This document shows, one piece after another, positions 37,501 through 49,993 of a stretch of 56,160 nt of DNA (its first letter is position 1; each line of letters begins with the position of its first letter). The stretch is from contig NW_018405902.1 in NCBI RefSeq assembly GCF_002113885.1, positions 75,703 to 131,862 of the forward strand, in the 5' to 3' direction. The translations under genes and the position numbers were made by a program. Below the pieces are notes generated by a model. The model was not told the origin of the DNA. It did no database searches and saw nothing but the letters and a program-made list of their open reading frames with translations. This stretch comes from Mizuhopecten yessoensis. Its lineage: Eukaryota.

Positions 37501-40500
37501 AAGATTCCTGTTTGCTGTCCCCCTGACTTGACAATTGCTGGGTGTACAGTTCTGACATTTCAAGTCGCTTTGTCAGATCTCCTATCTTTTGTTCCATTGC
37601 TGTTGATTCTGATGCCTATTAAGATGAACAGTATGGGCTTTATTAATAATGAGGTACAGATGCCTATGAAGATTATAAAGTATTGATTTAATGATGAAAA
37701 ATATGGTTCAGTAACTAATCAGTCTTATCAAACTATAAATCTACATCAATCTAACAGTTTTTAGTTTATAATTGCTCATGTTTTCTCATATTAAAATGCA
37801 TATACTTTCCACTTCATTTTAAACAGACTACCAGCAGTAGATACAATTTTAAAAGCAACTTTAATTGTACAGGATGTTATGTACAATATACTGGTAGGTG
37901 AAAAACTTTTAACATTACAAACACTTTACTCTCCATCAAATCCCATAATCTCCCTTACATGTAGCAATTCAAACAAACCTTGGCTTGTAACTTTTCCACT
38001 AATTCAGAACACTGCTGCTTTAGATCTTCTTGTGTTTTACTGAAAATAAGAAATGAATACACTGTACAATCTTGTATGTGCATAAAAATTGTTAAGTTAC
38101 AAATGTCATGTCACCAAACTTGAAGCTGAAACGTTTTTTTTTCTATTTCATTAAAGATCTAATTTTCCCATCTTACGTAAAATCATATTCACAGAAAATT
38201 TCCACTGATATCCAACATAAAACATCTTTTTTTACTTACTTTGATTTGTATAACTCCAATTTTAATCGGTCAACATCTTTTGAAAAATCTTTGCTATTCT
38301 GGAAAAAAAGAAAAAGAAGATTAAAGATTAACATTTTCTATTTTTTTTTTATTTTGGTAAAAAATATTATTTTTCTCTTAATCTCAATTGGAGAAATATT
38401 CTTATTTCATTTAGCCTAGACATTTAAATACACTATATTGTTTCTGATATGAAGTATGCAATTTACTTTTCAATAACAGAATTCAACCATATCACTCGGA
38501 CAAAAATAGTAAATGTCTATATACTTTTCCTGGATGATATGATTCTGCTTCACAATCAGTTTTATTAATAATTTCCTAGAAGATTTTATTATATCAAATC
38601 AATATTTCCGCATGAAATCAAACAGCTGTAAGAGATATTCCTGGGTATTTTATTTAAATCACCTCTGACATAATTTGGGGTGTATACAGAATTAAATCTA
38701 ATGAGGACTAATTAATTTGGGGATGTTTCTGTAAAGCAGATGTTTTCTGTAAAATTAATACTGTTCTCTCAAGATAAATACTGTCACTTTTAAAAGCTGT
38801 ACCTGTTCAAATTTTTTACTAGAATTATTGGATGTTGAAAAGTCCCGCTCTAGATCTGCCACTCGTTGTCGAGAAGCTTTTAATCGCCCACTATATTCTT
38901 CGATCTCTTCTAAAACGTAAAAAAAAAAATTGATCAGTTTTTGTCCCAGTGTATCAACTCCTTATACCAGATAACACATTTAATTTTTAACAACATTTTA
39001 CAAAAGCATTTACAGGTGATTTAGTGAACCAGAGTTTGTAGTTTAAGAAATGACCAGATTAGTGCTCACGTAAATATGTTTACATTTAATCTAACACATT
39101 AACAAAGTAAATATCAATGAAATAAGTAATTCTTTGTACATTAAATGTCATTACACTTTTTATTTTATAAACAAAAAGGTATCAATGTGACTTGATTTTT
39201 TTTTGTATAGGTTAGGATTTTCATTACCTCAATTAGGAACAAAACCAAAAGGAGAAATACATACTGAATCTCTGCTCTGCTATCTTCTGAGATTGGTTTA
39301 GCTGGGATTGAAGTTCTGTTTTCTCAGCCACTAAAATCCCAATGGTTTGTATATGCACCTATAAAATATAGATAACGGGTAACGGTTATCATTAGGATCT
39401 CATTAAGATTCTCTCTAGTAAACTGATATATATGTAATACAATGTATCCACTCTAACCAATCTGATTTGATCAGTGCAAATTTTTCAGTTGTCAATTTAT
39501 TAAACAGTCAACCAGATTACAAGTAGACCTGTTTGATATGTCATACTTCAATACTGACAAGGGCTGCCGCTGTGAGAAAAAGAAAATTCTTCTACAAACC
39601 ATACCTGTAACTGTTCTTTGAGTGGTCCTATTTCTTGACGCTGCTTGCCATCAAATGCACTCCGCTCTCGCTCAACTTGATCCTGTAGAGCTTTTGCATG
39701 CTCCCTCTGCAACATAACCATGAAGTAGGAAAGCAGTACAAACACTATAGTTCTAGCGCTAAACTGATAATCAGAAATTATGGTGAACTAAAAATGAAAT
39801 ATTAAGCAACGAGGGTTATAATCCATTTTTTTTTTATACTGATAAAAAAAATGTTAAGACATAACTTTTCTTTGCGTGTCATTTATTTTCCTTAAATACA
39901 ATATTGACCCACTATGAAGAACAAAGCATTGTACTTACTGCTTGTTGAACTTGGATATTCAACTGTTCATTTGCTTCAGAGTGTTTTTCTAGCAATGAAG
40001 CTAATTCCCTATTCCTTCTCTGAAAAAGAAAAAAAAGGGAGAAGAGAAAACTAATTTTTTGTTAAAGCACTTTCATAATCGCAAAAACACAAATACATGT
40101 CCTATCTTGAATTTTTAAGAACTGCAGCATTTAAACATTTTACACATGACTCACATTTCGAAATCTGACTAGTTTGTCATTTAATACTAAAAATAGCACT
40201 AAATAACCCAAACAACAGTAGTCATGTACTTAAGGTGCACGTGGCTCCACACTTTCGCAATTAACCAGCAAAATTCGATGAAACTTTCATATAATGGTTA
40301 TGCAACTATGTAGAGTTGATTTTATGAAAATCTAAACATTCCGATAGTTTGGGGACTTTTTTGGAAGAATACCAAAAAATGAATTTTCGTCAATTTTAAT
40401 ATTTTCCGGGTTTTTTTTGTGTGTGGCATTGTTCGGAACAATAACAACAATAATAAAATGAAAAGAAGCATTTCTAATTAACCCTACAAATATTGTATTT

Positions 40501-43500
40501 ATCGCAAAATATGTAACACATGTTACACAAAGTATTTTTTATTTAATTTGTACAGATAAAAGTGATTATCTACAAGCTAAAAGCAAACAGGACACAAAGA
40601 TCTATATATATAGAATGGGAAATTGAACAAAATATACACAATGGCTTTATAATTCATTTATTTTACATTCTACAATCACTTCGATCCGGGTGAGAGTTAT
40701 CTTCCTTGAAAAAAATCTGAACTTTTTGCAGAGGGGTGACATTTACACAATGACAGTTGTCTCTGTTTACATAGAACAAAAATGATGGGAAAAAATCAAA
40801 AATATGATATCAAAATTATCAAATTATTGTTCTTTAATGGAACCAAATTACCCTCAGTCATGTACACTTTGGACATCATTCCACAGTCCGCTAACTCACG
40901 GTATATTTATAATTTCATGTCAGGTACATATGTGACAAGAGGCTATCGCATGGTATGCCGTTCTCACGTGCACTCACACATACATTTCATAGGTATCTTG
41001 ATATTTTACAAAACATTATTTTCACAGAGTAAGTAGACTACATTTGTAAACACGATTTAATCGACAGAGCGAAACTCCCTCAACAGCGAAAATCGTAACA
41101 ACCTCGAGCTCATGAACTTGTGTAAGCACGTGATATGCACATGTGAGGTTGGTACGTCCGCATTACATGCGTTTCCTATATGACCTTCTTGAGGTCGTTT
41201 GGTCTCATGTCACTGTCTTCCCGTGAGTCTGTTTATGTCTATGAATTGGAAAGCTTTATTCCTGAAGTACGTGATTATACATTTCCCGGTAAAATCTCGA
41301 TATCGGGTGTTGACATATCATCGGCACGCACGTGTACTATTGTTTAACAGGGGCCTGTTCGTTTATGCGGAGCAACCGGTTTGACCGTTTATAAATGTTA
41401 CAATTTCGGGTATAAATCCTGGCGGACCTGCAAATGTGTATGAAGGTCCAACCTTATTTAATAAACGAACAACAGTGGTCCGATCGGTTTGACCGTTTAA
41501 ACGAAAACGGCCCAGGTGTTACTATAATTTGCACTACAATATTGAATGCCCGATACGCAATACGGAATTGACGACATGGTGTATATACACATTTCGATCA
41601 AGATAATTGAGTCCGAGCTGTACTTTTTCCGGAAGTACGTCACGAAAATGGACGCTGATGACGATGTGTGGAGCCACCTTAAGAGACCACCATTGTTAAA
41701 AGTCCACTTTTGCACCCATTGTAGTGATTTCTTTGTGAACTGAGCCAGAGACACCCTGTTTGACTCTAGCTCAATCAACAGTAGCGTTGGTCTTACCTCT
41801 AATTCTACTATATTAGCATTGTCCTCTTCTGTTGTATCAATCAACAGTAGCGTTGGCCTTACCTCTAATTCTACTATGTTAGCATTTTCCTCTTCTGTTG
41901 TAACAATCAACAGTAGTGTGGGTCTTACATCTAATTCTACTATGTTAGCATTTTCCTCTTCTGTTGTAACAATCAACAGTAGTGTGGGTCTTACATCTAA
42001 TTCTACTATGTTAGCATTTTCCTCTTCTGTTGTAACAATCAACAGTAGTGTGGGTCTTACATCTAATTCTACTATGTTAGCATTGTACTCTTCTGTTGTA
42101 TCAATCAACAGTAGAGTTGGACTTACCTCTAATTCTACTATGTAAGCATTGTCCTCTTCTGTTGTACCAATCAACAGTAGTGTTGGCCTTACCTCTAATT
42201 CTACTATGTTAGCACTGTCCTCTTCTGTTGTACCAATCAACAGTAGCGTTGGTCTTACCTCTAATTCTACTATGTTAGCATTGTACTCTTCTGTTGTATC
42301 AATCAACAGTAGAGTTGGACTTACCTCTAATTCTACTATGTAAGCATTGTCCTCTTCTGTTGTACCAATCAACAGTAGCGTTGGTCTTACCTCTAATTCT
42401 ACTATGTTAGCATTTTCCTCTTCTGTTGTAACAATCAACAGTAGTGTGGGTCTTACATCTAATTCTACTATGTTAGCATTGTCCTATTCTGTTGTATCAA
42501 TCAACAGTAGTGTTGGCCTTACCTCTAATTCTACTATGTTAGCATTGTCCTATTCTGTTGTATCAATCAACAGTAGAGTTGGACTTACCTCTAATTCTAC
42601 TATGTAAGCATTGTCCTCTTCTGTTGTACCAATCAACAGTAGCGTTGGTCTTACCTCTAATTCTGCTATATTAGCATTGTCCTCTTCTGTTGTACCAATC
42701 AACAGTAGCGTTGGTCTTACCTCTAATTCTACTATGTTAGCATTGTCCTCTTCTGTTGTATCCATCAAAGAAGTAGACTAAAGATAAAACACAATTATTA
42801 CATTAAAGTGGTACCACACAACATATTCTTCTTCATTTTAGAGGTTTTATTTTCATTCTTGTCAACTATTTGTCAGGTTGATACCCTGGACTGGTAAATG
42901 TTCAGGTCATTTCATATTAACCGAAGTGGTGCTAGAAATATGAATAGTTGTCATCAAATGTACATGTACCTTTCACTGAATTGTTGCAATATTAGATAAT
43001 GCTGTTAAAACAGTGGTTTTCAAACGGGAAACTTTTTCACGATAAGATGTGTTCATAAATAAAGATAAACAGTGGCTAGATTCCATAATGAACAAAACAC
43101 TATCTAAATAAATGGCTTTTTCCGTTGAACTGACCTCTGTTAGAAGACCGTTGAGTTGTCGTGACAGCTGTTGCAAACTTTCAGTAGATGCTGATGTCCT
43201 GCATGAAGAAAATAGATATTATTAGATGTCATAGCCAGGTTTTTAATTGCCATAAGACATTGCATGTGCCCCACTAAACTTAAAGTATAACAAAATCTCA
43301 AAAATGTTATGACATAACCCTATAACAATATAGTATAACTGAATAATTCTTATCATTTAGTATTGCCAATTACATGAATCAAGTTTTCATGACCTGTCTA
43401 ATTTCCCACTGCAAATATTAAAGCACTTATTCTTCTGATCATGATCTGTCGATGCATTTAATGACATAAGATATTATAATAGAGTTTAGTAAAAAATATT

Positions 43501-46500
43501 GTGTATAACATTGATAAATCAAATCTTTCACGAAAAATACCTCCTATGAAATTGATTAAGTATGACCTTATTATTTTAAGTGTTTCTAGAATAAGATTAG
43601 TAATGGGACAGGAGTCATGTATAAGGTTTAGATTTGCCTAGAAAGGGATTCTACATCAGCACAATGAGAATAACTACAACATTTCACCAGGATGCTCTGA
43701 TCCTATCACAATATCACACTCCAACAATACTAGTTCTCCTCTCTAACACTACTGCTCCTCTGTTTAGATATTGGGCTTTATGTCATTGATACAAGGCGGG
43801 ATGTTTATTTTGGTGCAAGACCTAATGCATTATGAAAACTGTTAAAATGCTGTCAGGTATCTAGGATCATTCAATCTAGCATGATTATATGGAAACTTAC
43901 AAGCAAGTAAATGATATGAAGGAAGATGATATGCAGGCTTGACGTCATTCCCAAGAAAAAGCAACACAAAAAATATGAGGATATGGGTGTGCTGTCTGAC
44001 ATCAAGGACAATGAAATTTAAACTAGACTTATAATAAATTAGCGAGGACTATTCTTGTTTCCTCTTTTCAATGGTCTTTTACATAAGATAGGTTTCACTT
44101 TGAGTGGGTCAGACTACCTATCTCTAGATCTATTCTTCCATATTTTCCTCAAATTGAATCAAATAAATAACAAAAACAAATTTAAAACAAAAATGTTAGC
44201 AAAATATAATGAAAACACATTTTAAAAAGTAAGCTATACACCATTAAAAAATTGAATGTAGGATTGAATAAAATAATTCAACATATGAATGAATATATTG
44301 ATCAATATTTTTTTTGTCTTTTACTTGAAAACAATGATTTGTTTTGTGAACAAAAATATCTCTCTCCCGATTACTTTTTATATGCAATTATCATTATTTG
44401 ACCTTTGACCTAGAGGTGAAGTTCATGATGACATAAATACAATGCACTGCTCACCAAGTCATCAAGTTATCCCTAAAAATTTATTATCTATAGCCTGGAC
44501 AAAATTATACTGCAAAGTTGACACTTATCTGACATTAAACCTAGAGCCGAGGTAAAGGTTACAGTAACTTAATTACAATGCACCCCTCACCCTCTGAGTG
44601 TGTGATGCAAGTAAAAATGAAGTTTCATCAAAATTACCTTTGATTGTTTATTTAAGATATTGCCCAGCTAGATCTCATTGAAAATGTTATGCTTAGATTT
44701 GACTTTTTACCTACAGAGTATAGTAGAGATCACAGTGACCTAGTTACAGTGCACTGAACGCCTTCTGCGGGTGACGCATACTACTTAAGAGTTTCATTCA
44801 GTTTAAAAGTTATGAAAAAGACAAGATGTTATCAGAAGTACCAGTACTTCATTTAATACCATATGTCTCATTTGATGTATGGGGAAAAAAACAACTTGAC
44901 ATACAGAGAAATAAATCACAAAGAAAAATGGTTTTTTTAACATCAGTAAATATTGATATAATGTTCACCACCTGATATTAGGTATATGAAAATGAAGAAA
45001 TCTTCATATTCTGAAGAAGTTAATCTGGGTACATGCAAACGTTTTGAGAAAATTCATTCAACAGAAAAGGTATTAGAAATTGGAATAAATACAACAGGCA
45101 AAGAGTCAGACAGTTATTGTTGGTTTAATACCTTTCCACACCAAACAGAGGTGATAGTAAACCACTGTGTTCTGTTTGCTGATAATTTCCTAATTTTCTT
45201 AAATTCCTGTATCAAAAAATAACAAGAAAACAAATTTTCAAAGTATAACTCGGACTTATTGTCTTAATCCCTACTTATTTGGTATGAAGTTGTTCATTTT
45301 ATTCAATCATTATTTAGGGACATAGTTTGCCAAGACAAAAATCAATATCGGTTATTTGCATCCACTAGGGCTGCCCACAAACCATTTGACCTTTGTATGA
45401 TCATGAACATTCGTTCTCAAATTCTCATCCCAACAAGACCAACCAAGCAGTGTTATTTTTTAACAACAGTGACCTTGACCTCTGGCAGATCACGTCCAAA
45501 ACCAATAGGGTTCTTCATATNGGGGGGGGGGGGGATATAAAGGGACAAGAACTCGTTGGATTCAACAACTTGTGTGGACTAAATTGGCAAACTTAATCAT
45601 GCATTCAGCATGTACTAGTGGCAAAGGGATTTTGTCATATACTGCATCTCTGATATACAGTTTCTAACAAATTAAATATCAACAATTATTTTCAATAATC
45701 AGCCTCATTACATTATTATGTTAGCACCTTAGGATTCATGATTTGCTACATTAGCCCTTACCTTGCATCAGGAATAATCTGTTGTGTATCAGCAGTCAGC
45801 TGTTTGCTGTAACTGTTATCCTGTAGAACCTAGGACAACAATCCAAATCTAGGTTATTTTTATCTAAAACCACATGGAGGACGCAGTTGATACATGAACA
45901 TTATGTACTGAAAGTACCTTGTTTGTAAGAGTTGTCTTTGTATTTATCTGATTTACTTATTCATTCCAACACCTGATTTTTACATATATAACAAAGCAAG
46001 CATTAAAACCTAGGAGAAAAGCGACTCTGAATCCAGGTTTCCATTACTGATATACTGTATCAATACTTATGCTGTATACTGTCTAATTCTAGCCTGCTAG
46101 ACCGGCCATCCTTAAGATAAATATAAATATTCCTCAACACTGGTTGTTGGTTATATATGTATGACAATACAGAAGGCAGCACTAACCTGGTCAGTGTTAT
46201 TAATGACGGGATCAGTATTGATTGGTTCACTGTGGTTTTCCTGTGATAAATCAGTTTCAGCAGAATTAGATTTAGATTTTTTGTCCGACTGTTTGTTAGA
46301 AGTCTTGGGGTTGACTGGCGAGTTTTTTCCTGTTTTTTGCTTAAATTGCTTTAACTGAAAATAAAAGAAACAGATATTCAAACAAATGTGATATACTGAT
46401 AAACATAAATCTAGCATAAGTCTCAAAAGCATTTGTAAATCACAACTTTCTGTAAGTACAATGGTACAAATCCAACCACTGAAATAATGATACTAGTTAG

Positions 46501-47848
46501 CAACATTATATTCATGTTCCATCAACATTTTCAGAAAGAATCACATGTACACAGGAGATTGAACCAGCAACCTCTTCCTACCAGATTGACATGCTCTACC
46601 CATTGAGGTCAAGACACATTTCCTTTAGCTTGAAGCTAGAAGGCAATCTTGCTCATATGTTTAAGGCCAAAAAATATATATAGTCTGTTTAGGGTTGCAT
46701 TGGCAAAAAAATAGGGTAGGTAGGTCGGATATTTTTTTTTGTGTATATTTTTGGTCATGTGATTATGACCCTACTATAGTATGTAAAACAAAGAATTACA
46801 TAAACAAGGTTCATTTGGAGGCAAATTTTGTTTTGGGTCGGGAGTAAAAAGCTAGGGTCGGTCGGGAACCCTAAACAGACACCTTTTTTTATTTTGGCCT
46901 AAGTAAACCTGTTACACAACAAATTCAAATATTTGGGTCTGTTCGTTTTTGTGGAAAACAACTTATTTCATTTGCCTGTAAGTAACTTTTTTGGTTACAA
47001 AATGTTTTTATGCAGGCCTTGCAAAGCTTAGTCAAGACTCGACTGAAAGCAGCATCAGACACTAAGTCTAGGTCCTACCATATTTCATTAACGAATAACT
47101 TGGGTCCAACCGAAAGCGGCCCTGGTGACATCAAAGGTACTAGTTTTGTCTGTCAAGTGCAATACACCCATAATATGAATAGGTTGCTAACTCTGTTCCC
47201 CTAGTAAAATGACCCATTTAAAATTTCCAGAAAACTTTGCAATTTTGTCATAATTCTTTTTCTTTAATTTTATGTATGATTTACCATATATCATGTGCAT
47301 TATAGTTTTCGGTAGACTTCATACGAATTTTAGTTGGTCAGACACTATGCTGTCCACGGAATTCATTAAAGCGTGTCGTCCTGGGGACAGCATTGTCATA
47401 CCCCTGGGGACAGCATTGTCATGGTGTCCGACAGTCTAGTAGTTAGGTCCGAGTGAAGGGGGTAAAAAAGGGGATATGGAATTTCTTTAGCGGCCAAGCC
47501 ATGTCGTAACTAATGATCCATTTCATAAACAAATATATAATTGTTTAGTCACTGATAAATATGCATGCTAAGGTTGGTTAGAAACTCCTTCTCAGTCACG
47601 ACCACTGCATCTCCATCCCTGATGCCGGTGTTTCTGATCGGCCCTTCTCATCTGTCAGTGTCAACATTGCCCCATATTTTAGGAATTAACAAAAGCATTT
47701 TAATTTCGACAGCCAAATCAACAAGCTTATGTGATTGTTAAATTAAACGATTTAGTATTGGCTTAAATATCATTGAGTTCTAGTGTTGAGAGTGTCAAAC
47801 CTTCTTTCGAGCAGCGGCTATTTTCTCTCGTTTCGCACTGTCTGCCAT
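28507..47848 (-). CDS. GOLGA2: Golgin subfamily A member 2 (GM130), 24 coding exons, ~984 aa
   Basis: Phase-consistent GT-AG exons: 47848-47801, 46354-46187, 45820-45762, 43198-43135, 42777-42721, 40019-39939, 39706-39605, 39358-39265, 38909-38803, 38298-38240, 38039-37979, 37615-37442, 37003-36896, 36247-36160, 35789-35642, 35131-34939, 34549-34436, 33997-33839, 32557-32438, 32083-31945, 31162-30983, 30272-30166, 29499-29328, 28859-28507 (2955 nt). GM130 motifs: KIAAARKKLKQFKQK, SLQQLSRQLNGL, LKEQLQVHIQTIGILVAEKTELQ, ALSRALTQNKDLKSQLAELQNGFVKL, LEGEADTIGEYISLYHHQR, hydrophobic C-terminus KVQII. Confidence 0.93.
31360..31579 (+). mobile_element. PIF/Harbinger-like MITE, ~220 bp
   Basis: Imperfect TIRs GGCCTGTTCGTTTA ... 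TAAACTAAGTGGCC, flanked by CAG/CAA. There are four family members in the window. Confidence 0.75.
32894..33749. mobile_element. Non-autonomous DNA transposon with TAA target duplication (PIF/Harbinger-like) and internal ORF remnant
   Basis: TAA|GGCCATACAAAGTTAAT..GTTTCTC ... GAGAAAC..ATTAAGTTTGTATGGCT|TAA. Overlapping minus-strand ORF fragments at 33196-33517. Confidence 0.8.
36647..36922 (-). repeat. 46 bp minisatellite x6 made of the GOLGA2 exon 13 3' end plus donor
   Basis: TGTGACATTTT at 36647, 36693, 36739, 36785, 36831 and 36877. The minus-strand unit carries CTCACCGAACAG|GTATAA. Confidence 0.95.
40234..41678. mobile_element. Kolobok-like non-autonomous DNA transposon with TTAA target duplication
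   Basis: TTAA|GGTG(CACGTG)GCTCCACAC ... GTGTGGAGCCACC|TTAA. The TIR begins with RR and the left TIR carries a 6 bp insertion. Confidence 0.75.
41351..41512 (+). mobile_element. Internally deleted Harbinger-like MITE nested in the Kolobok-like element
   Basis: CAG|GGGCCTGTTCGTTTATGCGGA ... TAAACGAAAACGGCC|CAG. The first ~85 bp are nearly identical to 31360-31440. Confidence 0.8.
41771..42763 (-). repeat. 66 bp minisatellite x15 made of the GOLGA2 exon 5 3' end plus donor
   Basis: GAATTAGA(G/T)|GTAAG recurs at exactly 66 bp spacing from 42721 to 41797. Confidence 0.97.
45132..45206 (-). CDS. GOLGA2: Candidate 75 nt cassette exon of GOLGA2
   Basis: Long polypyrimidine tract plus TACAG acceptor, open frame (R)NLRKLGNYQQTEHSGLLSPLFGVE(R), AG|GTATTA donor. 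It is phase 2-2, matching the intron it sits in. Confidence 0.5.
45521..45521. other. Single N: assembly gap or ambiguity next to a poly-G run
   Basis: n at 45521 followed by G13. Confidence 0.9.
46665..46899. mobile_element. MITE with TAA target duplication (PIF/Harbinger-like)
   Basis: TAA|GGCCAAAA..GTCTGTTTAGGGTT ... AACCCTAAACAGAC..TTTTGGCC|TAA. Confidence 0.8.
46936..47121 (+). mobile_element. Diverged copy of the 31360 MITE family
   Basis: GGTCTGTTCGTTT start, GCCTTGCAAAGCTTAGTCAAG..CTGAAAGCAGCATCAGA core, CGAAAGCGGCC end. Confidence 0.65.
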
Positions 47849-48160
47849 TTTCCAGCCATGGATGCGTGCGCCTTTGACACGCAGGCGGAAGTTAAAGCTA
47901 CATTGTAGGCATAAAATGTAATTTCTGACTATTTCATAACAAATATTGCGATGTTACGAATATGTTAGGAAATAAAGTTTAAACAAACCCTTCGAATTGT
48001 TTTACTTTGTAAGGATTCTGAATAATCAACATAATAAAACTTTTTGGAAAAAACTGTTCGGAACACCTCTTTCATTAGAAGACTTCCGAATTTAAAACAA
48101 TATGGCGGTAAAGTTGAAAATTTGTGAATGTATTGACATTACAGATTGATCTTCACGGTA
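47849..48160. promoter_or_regulatory. Probable bidirectional promoter: GOLGA2 (-) and a non-coding first exon of a plus-strand gene, presumably ANAPC5
   Basis: ETS-like GCGGAAGT at 47885. YY1-like AATATGGCGG at ~48099 mirrors AAATGGC at the GOLGA2 start. Plus-strand donor CG|GTATGC at 48157/48158. ANAPC5's first coding exon has an upstream acceptor at 53975. The link between the two is inferred. Confidence 0.45.
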
Positions 48161-48415
48161 TGCTCTGCGCGGATGCAGCCCAGTTGTGTTATAATAGTTC
48201 CGGTTTTGAGGTATCTACTTCATTCATTGTTTGCTTGTGCATTTAATGCCAGATTACTGATAACACATTGCCACAACAGGGAAAATCCTGGAATTTGAGA
48301 GCAATGGGCCATTTCAGCAATTTTTAGTCAATATCAAAATTAGAGGGGCCATTATATATATAAATTTTAAAAAAATAGAACAAGGAGGGTTCAATTTCAG
48401 ATATGAGAGGTCAAT

Positions 48416-48755
48416 GGTTCCGGGTTGTTTCGCCCTAAAACAAAAAAAAACTTTCAAATTTGGTAGTTTTAAGTCACAATTTAAGTCTTCTTAGTCTCCC
48501 ATATCATTATATCAATTTTATATAAAAAAAACCAACATGAAATAAACCTTACAGCAAGGTAGAAAGTTATCATATAAGTTAAGTTGATATATTCGATTTC
48601 AGAGACATATAAAGCCAGTAGTATTTACGTCTCTGATATATTTAAATATTAATTATTATATTAGCGTATAAATAAAAAAAAAATCAGGGTGAACAGGATT
48701 AAGGGCGCGACAACCCTTAGAGCGAACAGGATTTAGTACGAAACAACTCCTTACC
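48416..48755. mobile_element. Mutator/MuDR-like MITE
   Basis: Imperfect TIRs GGTTCCGGGTTGTTTCG / CGAAACAACTCCTTACC flanked by a 9 bp near-duplication GAGGTCAAT / GGGGTCAAT. Confidence 0.65.
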
Positions 48756-49292
48756 GGGGTCAATGCCCCCTCCAGGATTATCCCTGCACAGGGATTCACA
48801 ATCGTCTCAAAGTATCCCCGTGCAAATGATGCTTAGGTGAACAAGCACACATTAGAGGTTTGGCAATCTACTTTTGACACTGGCGCTGCGTAGCATTTGG
48901 CAAAATCATATATCCAATAGAAAATAAGCCGACCAGCGGCCTCATATATATTATAGGAGTACCCTATGCTCTACTGAGTCGCAGTACAGTAAAGTAGTCA
49001 TTGGTGCATTGTATAAGGCCCTGGAAAATATGACTGAGTATTACTGATCAGTAATATTTTAAAATGTTCAACGACATTAATGCTAACTTAAAAGAAGAAG
49101 AAAAACTGTCACACATTTCAAATTTGGAAATATTTCCTACCAAGAAAAGGAAGAATTTTATTGACAGATAATATAAATAAATACAAAAATATAGTCACAC
49201 GTTTCAAACAAAAAATTGTTCCCTGCCAATATTAGGGAGAATTTTATTGGCAGGGATCAAGCAGGATCCCTATTATTGAAGTTATAAACTAA

Positions 49293-49993
49293 CAGGTACT
49301 GGAGCAGTGGTAATTTGGCTATATAGTGACATATATATAGGACAAATGTAAACAAACAATCCCATACTGGTAATATTGATCTCTTGCACGTTGATAACAT
49401 TGTTAACCAAGCAGGTGAGTTGGTGAATAAAAGATTATTGTCTGACTAGATAAGTTTTAATTGATTTGGTGAATTTCCATCGTTGCATTTCTTTCCTGTC
49501 AACATATGTCCCTTATTAGTATAAAATTACAGCGTGTATCTATTTGATATCGCATCAATGTCTTCCTTATGATAAGCATCCCTAAGATAAAGGTTCATGC
49601 CTCAGGTGTGCTTTCAGGGAAATATTTCTGAGTAGGAACGATAACATGCAGTGAAAGTTGTTAATGTGCTGGGAGTGAAATATATTTGTCGTTTTTGTAC
49701 AAAAATTGTAAATATTCCTTTGTAACCATCAGATACAGAGGATAAAATATGCTAGTGAATTGCAATGATGAAAATCAACAAAGTCACTGGAAATTGGGTT
49801 GGATAAAAACCTTTTGTTTTACCGACTAACCTGTTTGTCCACCAAATTTTCAATGAGTATCATGAAATTGCGACCATGATTGATTTGTTTGTTTACATTC
49901 GCTCTATATACCGGTATGTATAGTCATATATAACAATATTATATAGCCAAATCTGCCTATATAGCCAGATTTGCAGGTATTCCAGTACATCTG
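49293..49993. mobile_element. Degenerate MITE with long imperfect TIRs
   Basis: GTACTGGA..ATTTGGCTATATAG..AATGTAAACAAACAATC on the left, with complements TTTGTTTGTTTACATT..TATATAGCCAAAT..TCCAGTAC on the right. Confidence 0.55.

Noticed and set aside
41497-42607. 313 aa minus-strand ORF and several plus-strand Ser-rich ORFs
   Set aside because: They are translations of the 66 bp intronic array with non-ATG starts, and the long one runs into a transposon. Not independent genes.
48102-48157. ATG GCG micro-exon spliced to a 13 nt exon at 48145
   Set aside because: It would need a 37 nt intron, implausibly short. The ATGGCG is better explained as a YY1-like promoter motif.
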